NCBI GenBank assembly: GCA_964187785.1
Contig: OZ076419.1
Span: 23,560,001-23,624,000, forward strand
DNA from: Amphiscolops sp. MND2022
Lineage: Eukaryota
Reading direction: 5' to 3'
Length of the DNA: 64,000 bases
Shown here: in pieces, positions 59,685-64,000 of the stretch
How the letters are laid out: each line of letters begins with the position of its first letter
Numbering within the stretch: position 1 is the first letter of the stretch
The notes under the pieces: model-generated
Told to the model about the DNA's origin: nothing
The model's input: only the letters and a program-made list of their open reading frames with translations
Databases searched by the model: none
Program-made: the position numbers and the translations under genes

Positions 59685-62461
59685 TATGAATTGTTCCTGC
59701 TTTCAAGGAGCCAATTGGTAGCGTGTCACTTGGTTTTTCGAAGGTAGTAACTAAAGTTGATTGGAAAACAAGCGATCGTTTTTGTTTAAGGTTTGCAGTT
59801 ATCGTTGTCAGCTGTAACTTCGTCAGTCGGATATGAACATTCTAGCACATCTTTTGAGGACTCCATAGACGGCGGTTTCACTGTTTACTTTACCGAGTGT
59901 TCTGGGATTTGTGAAAACACGGTCCTGTTGTTGTATGGAATGCCGCTGAGTCGCGTCGATAAAGTTGCAATCATTGCAGGTATGTGTTTATCTTTAGCCA
60001 ACGTCCTTATGATGACATTAAATGATGACAGTTAAACCGTTTGTGAAACAATTTGGGGTGTGAACTATTCCAGTGCTCAAGTACAATTGTTTTCATTGTT
60101 TTCATTGTTTCGTACTCAGTAAATTTTTTCAGTACACTTCAGTCCGGATCTCTTCGTCGATGTATGTGAAGATGTTGATGGAGAAATCACATGCACGTTA
60201 TGTGGCCAAACGCCTTCAACAAGCGACCCCAATTCGCCTAAGTGGATGAATGTTACTTGTAGTCCGGCATTTGAAGGAACGAAAATTATGGTGACAAAAA
60301 CAACAACCAGTCCCCTCGACTGCATGCCCAAAATTTGCGAAGTCGTCGTTCACGGGGAAAGTAGGTCATCTTTGAAAGAATAAAGCTCTGGGGTTTTGAT
60401 TGCTTGTTAACACTTGATGCAAAAAACGAGCCGAGATCAAAATTGACTTCTTGGTATTACGCCTAAAGAACACCTAATAAATCCAAACTCATATCAAAAG
60501 GTTGTTATATAAACGTTGTCATATGAAACAGTTTTTGAAGAAAAACGAAGCGATATAAAATTCCATGTAACACTTCAAAGTGTTACATGAAATGTTGATT
60601 TTTTCCTTTCCTCTGACTTCTAAAACTTTTTGGCCAGTCACAAAGATTTGCCTTTTGAACTACAACTTAACTTAATTTGAGAGAAATTCTTTGAAATTGG
60701 ACAATAAAGAATCAATCTGTCACAGTGTGAAGCCTGTAGATAGGAAGTACAGTACTGATAAAAACATAGAGTTTAGTTTTCATTATTCATCAGCAAAAAA
60801 TCAAAATGATAAAATTGTCCATGTTCAACTTGTGCATTCCATTTGATTCGAATTTTTCAACGCGTTGTTCCATTTCGTTTCTACCAGCGAGTTCGAATAA
60901 TGGTATGAAGTCCATTCGCCTTACAGTGAATATAAAAATAATTGAATTTTACGATCTTTCAAAACTGTTGGATGCGTGCCAACGGTAAAATTACCCTGTT
61001 TATTCGATTTCTCTTCACACTGCTGTTTCAATCAATACAAATTTTGTCTATTTTTCTAATCAACGTTACATAAAAATTACTCTACAAGTCTTTTTCATTG
61101 TTGTTTCAGTTTTAGAGAGATGAACTCTACCACTGGGAATTGGGACTTCAAGTAAGAAACTAAACCCATGGATGTTCAAACTCAAATCAGTGAGAACTTT
61201 CACTGAACATTCAAGTTCTACCATGCTTCAAAAACATTTAATACTGGCATGTGCTGTCAAAAACCGACTAAAAAACAAGACAACAAAAATCAGATTGTGG
61301 ATAATATTTTTAAAAGATTATCAACTTTGCAACAATATTGTGCCAGCTTGTTTGGAGAGTGGCGTGTTTTGGGATGACTTGAGAATACACCACTGGGTTC
61401 TGCAGTTGCTGTGTGAAAGCAAATCAATTCTATATTTTCTTCTCAGGTCTTTTGAACGTATTTAGAATAAATGCCTTCAAATTGCGATGAAACCTCATAC
61501 TGCAACTAGGTCTCAAAGCGAAAGTGAAGTGTGCTTGAAACGTCTTGAAAAACACAGAGGAACTATTTTCCCTGAATGAAGACAGTTTTTGGTTAAACAG
61601 TTTACCAACTCTGCGATAGCATTGCGGTAAGAACAAAATGGAGATTACAGGTGATTAAATTTCATTGGTTCATGCAAGATAATATAAGTCTAAAACAATT
61701 CACAGTGATGTGATTGGTTTTACTTATTATAGTGGCATCATTCGACCGGGTTTTGAAAATTCAATACAAAGGTCAGCATCGGTGATTAGCATTGAAAACA
61801 ATACTGTCCTTCAGTTGGGTATATGATATAACTGTTGCGATTCACTGTCGAAGTTGTCTAGCCTGAGTTAATTTGTCTGGGCATTAAAATTTGTTGATGA
61901 ATCACTTTGTCAGTGTCATCAATCGTCAAGGGTGTTCCATCAATGAACGACCATTACGATAGACAGTGATACGACCTTGGGCAACCAACTTTTGGATTGC
62001 TAAAGACAATTGCTTGAACCAACTTTGCTAGTTCTAAGCAATATAGTCTGTTTCGGGAATTAATTAGGAGTACCATACTGGCTGTGGTTTCTGCCAACGT
62101 TATTTGAACGGCTGAGTTAGCAATTTCAGTAAGATTCGTTCTGCCAGTATTATTCCACTAACCATGAGTTTGATTATTTTGTAGCCTGTGCCTGCATCGT
62201 CATAAGTCAAACTAGTCTCGGGCAAAAAGATGGTTAATCTCAGCTCTTGAATGATGTTTCCACACGAGCGAAATTATTGTTTTCCGAATGATTTGACAAT
62301 AGCTGAAGGTTTTGTTTCGTCTTCTCTGTGGCATTTCGATAAAGTGTTTGATGCCTGCTTGTGCGACTATTCAGTTTCAATAAAAGCCTTGTAGAATTTG
62401 TTTCATGTGCAGAAGAGACTTTTACTCCTTTTTACTACCAATGAGTTTTTTAAACTCTAGC

Positions 62462-62692
62462 TCAGTAAAACATATGCGCGCTGTCGTAAATTTGAGAGCA
62501 GTAACTCCAATTGGAGCAAAAACGTGTAAATTCTTCTGGACAAGACACGGATGAGTTCGTACTTGTGGTAGTCGAGTCGCTTTGACTCATAGAAGGTATA
62601 AAGATAGGTGTTGTAAGAATTGCGACCATAATTATAAGGTAAAAAGTACAGACAAAATCAACTATTTCCCGTTCATTCTGATAAAAGGTCAA
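62462..62692 (-). pseudogene. Possible secreted-protein fragment (signal-like segment, Thr/Ser linker, CPEEFTRF), followed by degenerate coding-like DNA to about 61860
   Basis: Hydrophobic stretch and a CP-x2-F motif reminiscent of C-type lectin starts. The downstream frames are broken. Confidence 0.2.
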
Positions 62693-62749
62693 TCGTCTCA
62701 GATAATTTTTACCGAATCAACCTTTGGTATGTTTAGAACATGTTTCTTA

Positions 62750-62815
62750 TCCTAGTGGTGGGAAACTTTTCTAGGCCTTATCTGAGGCCTTGGGTTTGAA
62801 TCCCGGGCTTCGCTA
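62750..62815 (+). repeat. Degenerate tRNA-derived (SINE-like) segment
   Basis: A-box-like CCTAGTGGT and B-box-like GGGTTTGAATCCC. No cloverleaf. Confidence 0.3.
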
Positions 62816-64000
62816 AAATTTTTCTCCACGACTACACACTTTGGAAAAATTACAGTCAATAAACAAAACTAATTATAATTCAGTAATTCTCATCGAATCT
62901 CGAAACAAAATTCACCAATATTTCCAAAAGTTTTTTAATGATTTCCTGATTGTGCAATTTTTTGTCAAGTATATATCCAAAAAATAACTTTTCTGCTAGT
63001 GAAAAAAATTGACTTGTTTCACAAAATGTGTCGGCCTTTTTTCGTTCCGTGTTTTGATTATCATTGGCAATGTTTCCAAGTTAAGATAAGAACTTTTTGC
63101 ATTTATACATACGAAAATGAAGAATCGAATTTACTAGAATAATGGTTGCTTGTGCATTTACTCGGAAACTAATTCTCTTCCAATTCACTGCGATACTTTC
63201 TCATATCTTCTATGAACTTACTCGAAATCCACATTCGGAAGAGGCTGACAATTTAAAACAACCATTCGAAGCGGTTTTTTTCAATTGTGGAAAGTTTTTT
63301 TACACTTCGAGTGACTAGTCTCAAATTCGAAGATGAATTTCTGAAATTTTTAAATTTTAAGCGGCTTGCTCCTGAATGCTCTCTGAAAGGATACAGCACA
63401 AATTGATTCTCTAGGAAACAACTCGTCCCATTATATGATACAATTTTTTAAACTCAAACACCGATTTTGACGGAAACAACTGTGGATGGAGCCTTAAACG
63501 CAAGCTGAAGACATGACGCATATGATTGCAATTTTATGTTTAGTTTCAATTGATTCAATTAAAACATGTAAAAAAATAATTACAATTCATTGTACGCAAT
63601 AATTTTGTGTATTACATTTTGTGTGCAATAATTTTTTGGAAGCCTATAGCTTCCTTAACAATCGCTCAACACTTAAAATGTTAGCTAATGAACTGTTTGC
63701 TTTTTTATTCACCGAATAATTGATGCCGAAGAGTTTAGTCAAAGGTTTTGTAGCATTAATTATTCGGCGCTTATATTCGATAAAATCTTTCCGTCGTTTT
63801 ATCAACCGGGTCGAAGTGTCCAGAAAAGTTCTACAAACTTTCAACTTTTAACCCAAAATAAACAGAGAGCCAACAAGGATAGTTTTAGGATAGTAAGTTT
63901 AAGCTCATGGGAAAATTCTTGATTTTTGGCACTGTGATTTTTTGGATCCTTTTGGTCTTGCCTGACGGTGTTAGGTAGAATGTCTAGGATCGATTCTATC

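Overview
AT-rich eukaryotic genomic DNA, probably from an invertebrate animal. It has GT-AG introns, no operons, no rRNA, no intact tRNA and no CRISPR, and it is dominated by transposons. The main object is a giant, structurally complete but mutation-damaged Ty3/Gypsy LTR retrotransposon on the minus strand (39074-55472, about 16.4 kb, 5-bp TSD GAATA, LTRs of about 1.64 kb). It has a PBS, gag, a -1 slippery site and PR-RT-RH-IN pol. Between pol and the 3' LTR it carries about 7 kb of extra cargo: an intact 342-aa sense ORF that reads into the 3' LTR, a multi-exon antisense gene with a C-x2-C-x16-H-x5-H zinc finger and hAT-transposase-like segments, and three arrays of CCGCAT motifs with a 65-bp period. 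A second LTR element from a diverged family (25860-34425, TSD TATGT) has lost gag-pol downstream of its PBS but keeps a homologous spliced antisense zinc-finger gene with a shared intron position. In these families about 120-190 codons of gag lie inside the LTR, the PBS is translated, and the U3 edge encodes the C-terminus of the accessory ORF. The window also has solo or partial LTRs (10372-12830 with TSD TTATC; from 21701; 57454-59684), a 1347-bp tandem duplication of the 3' LTR junction, a Tc1 transposase pseudogene, a remnant gag from another Gypsy family, MITEs, HINE-like and SINE-like repeats, and a few possible host exons. All protein family assignments come from motif recognition by eye, not from database searches.
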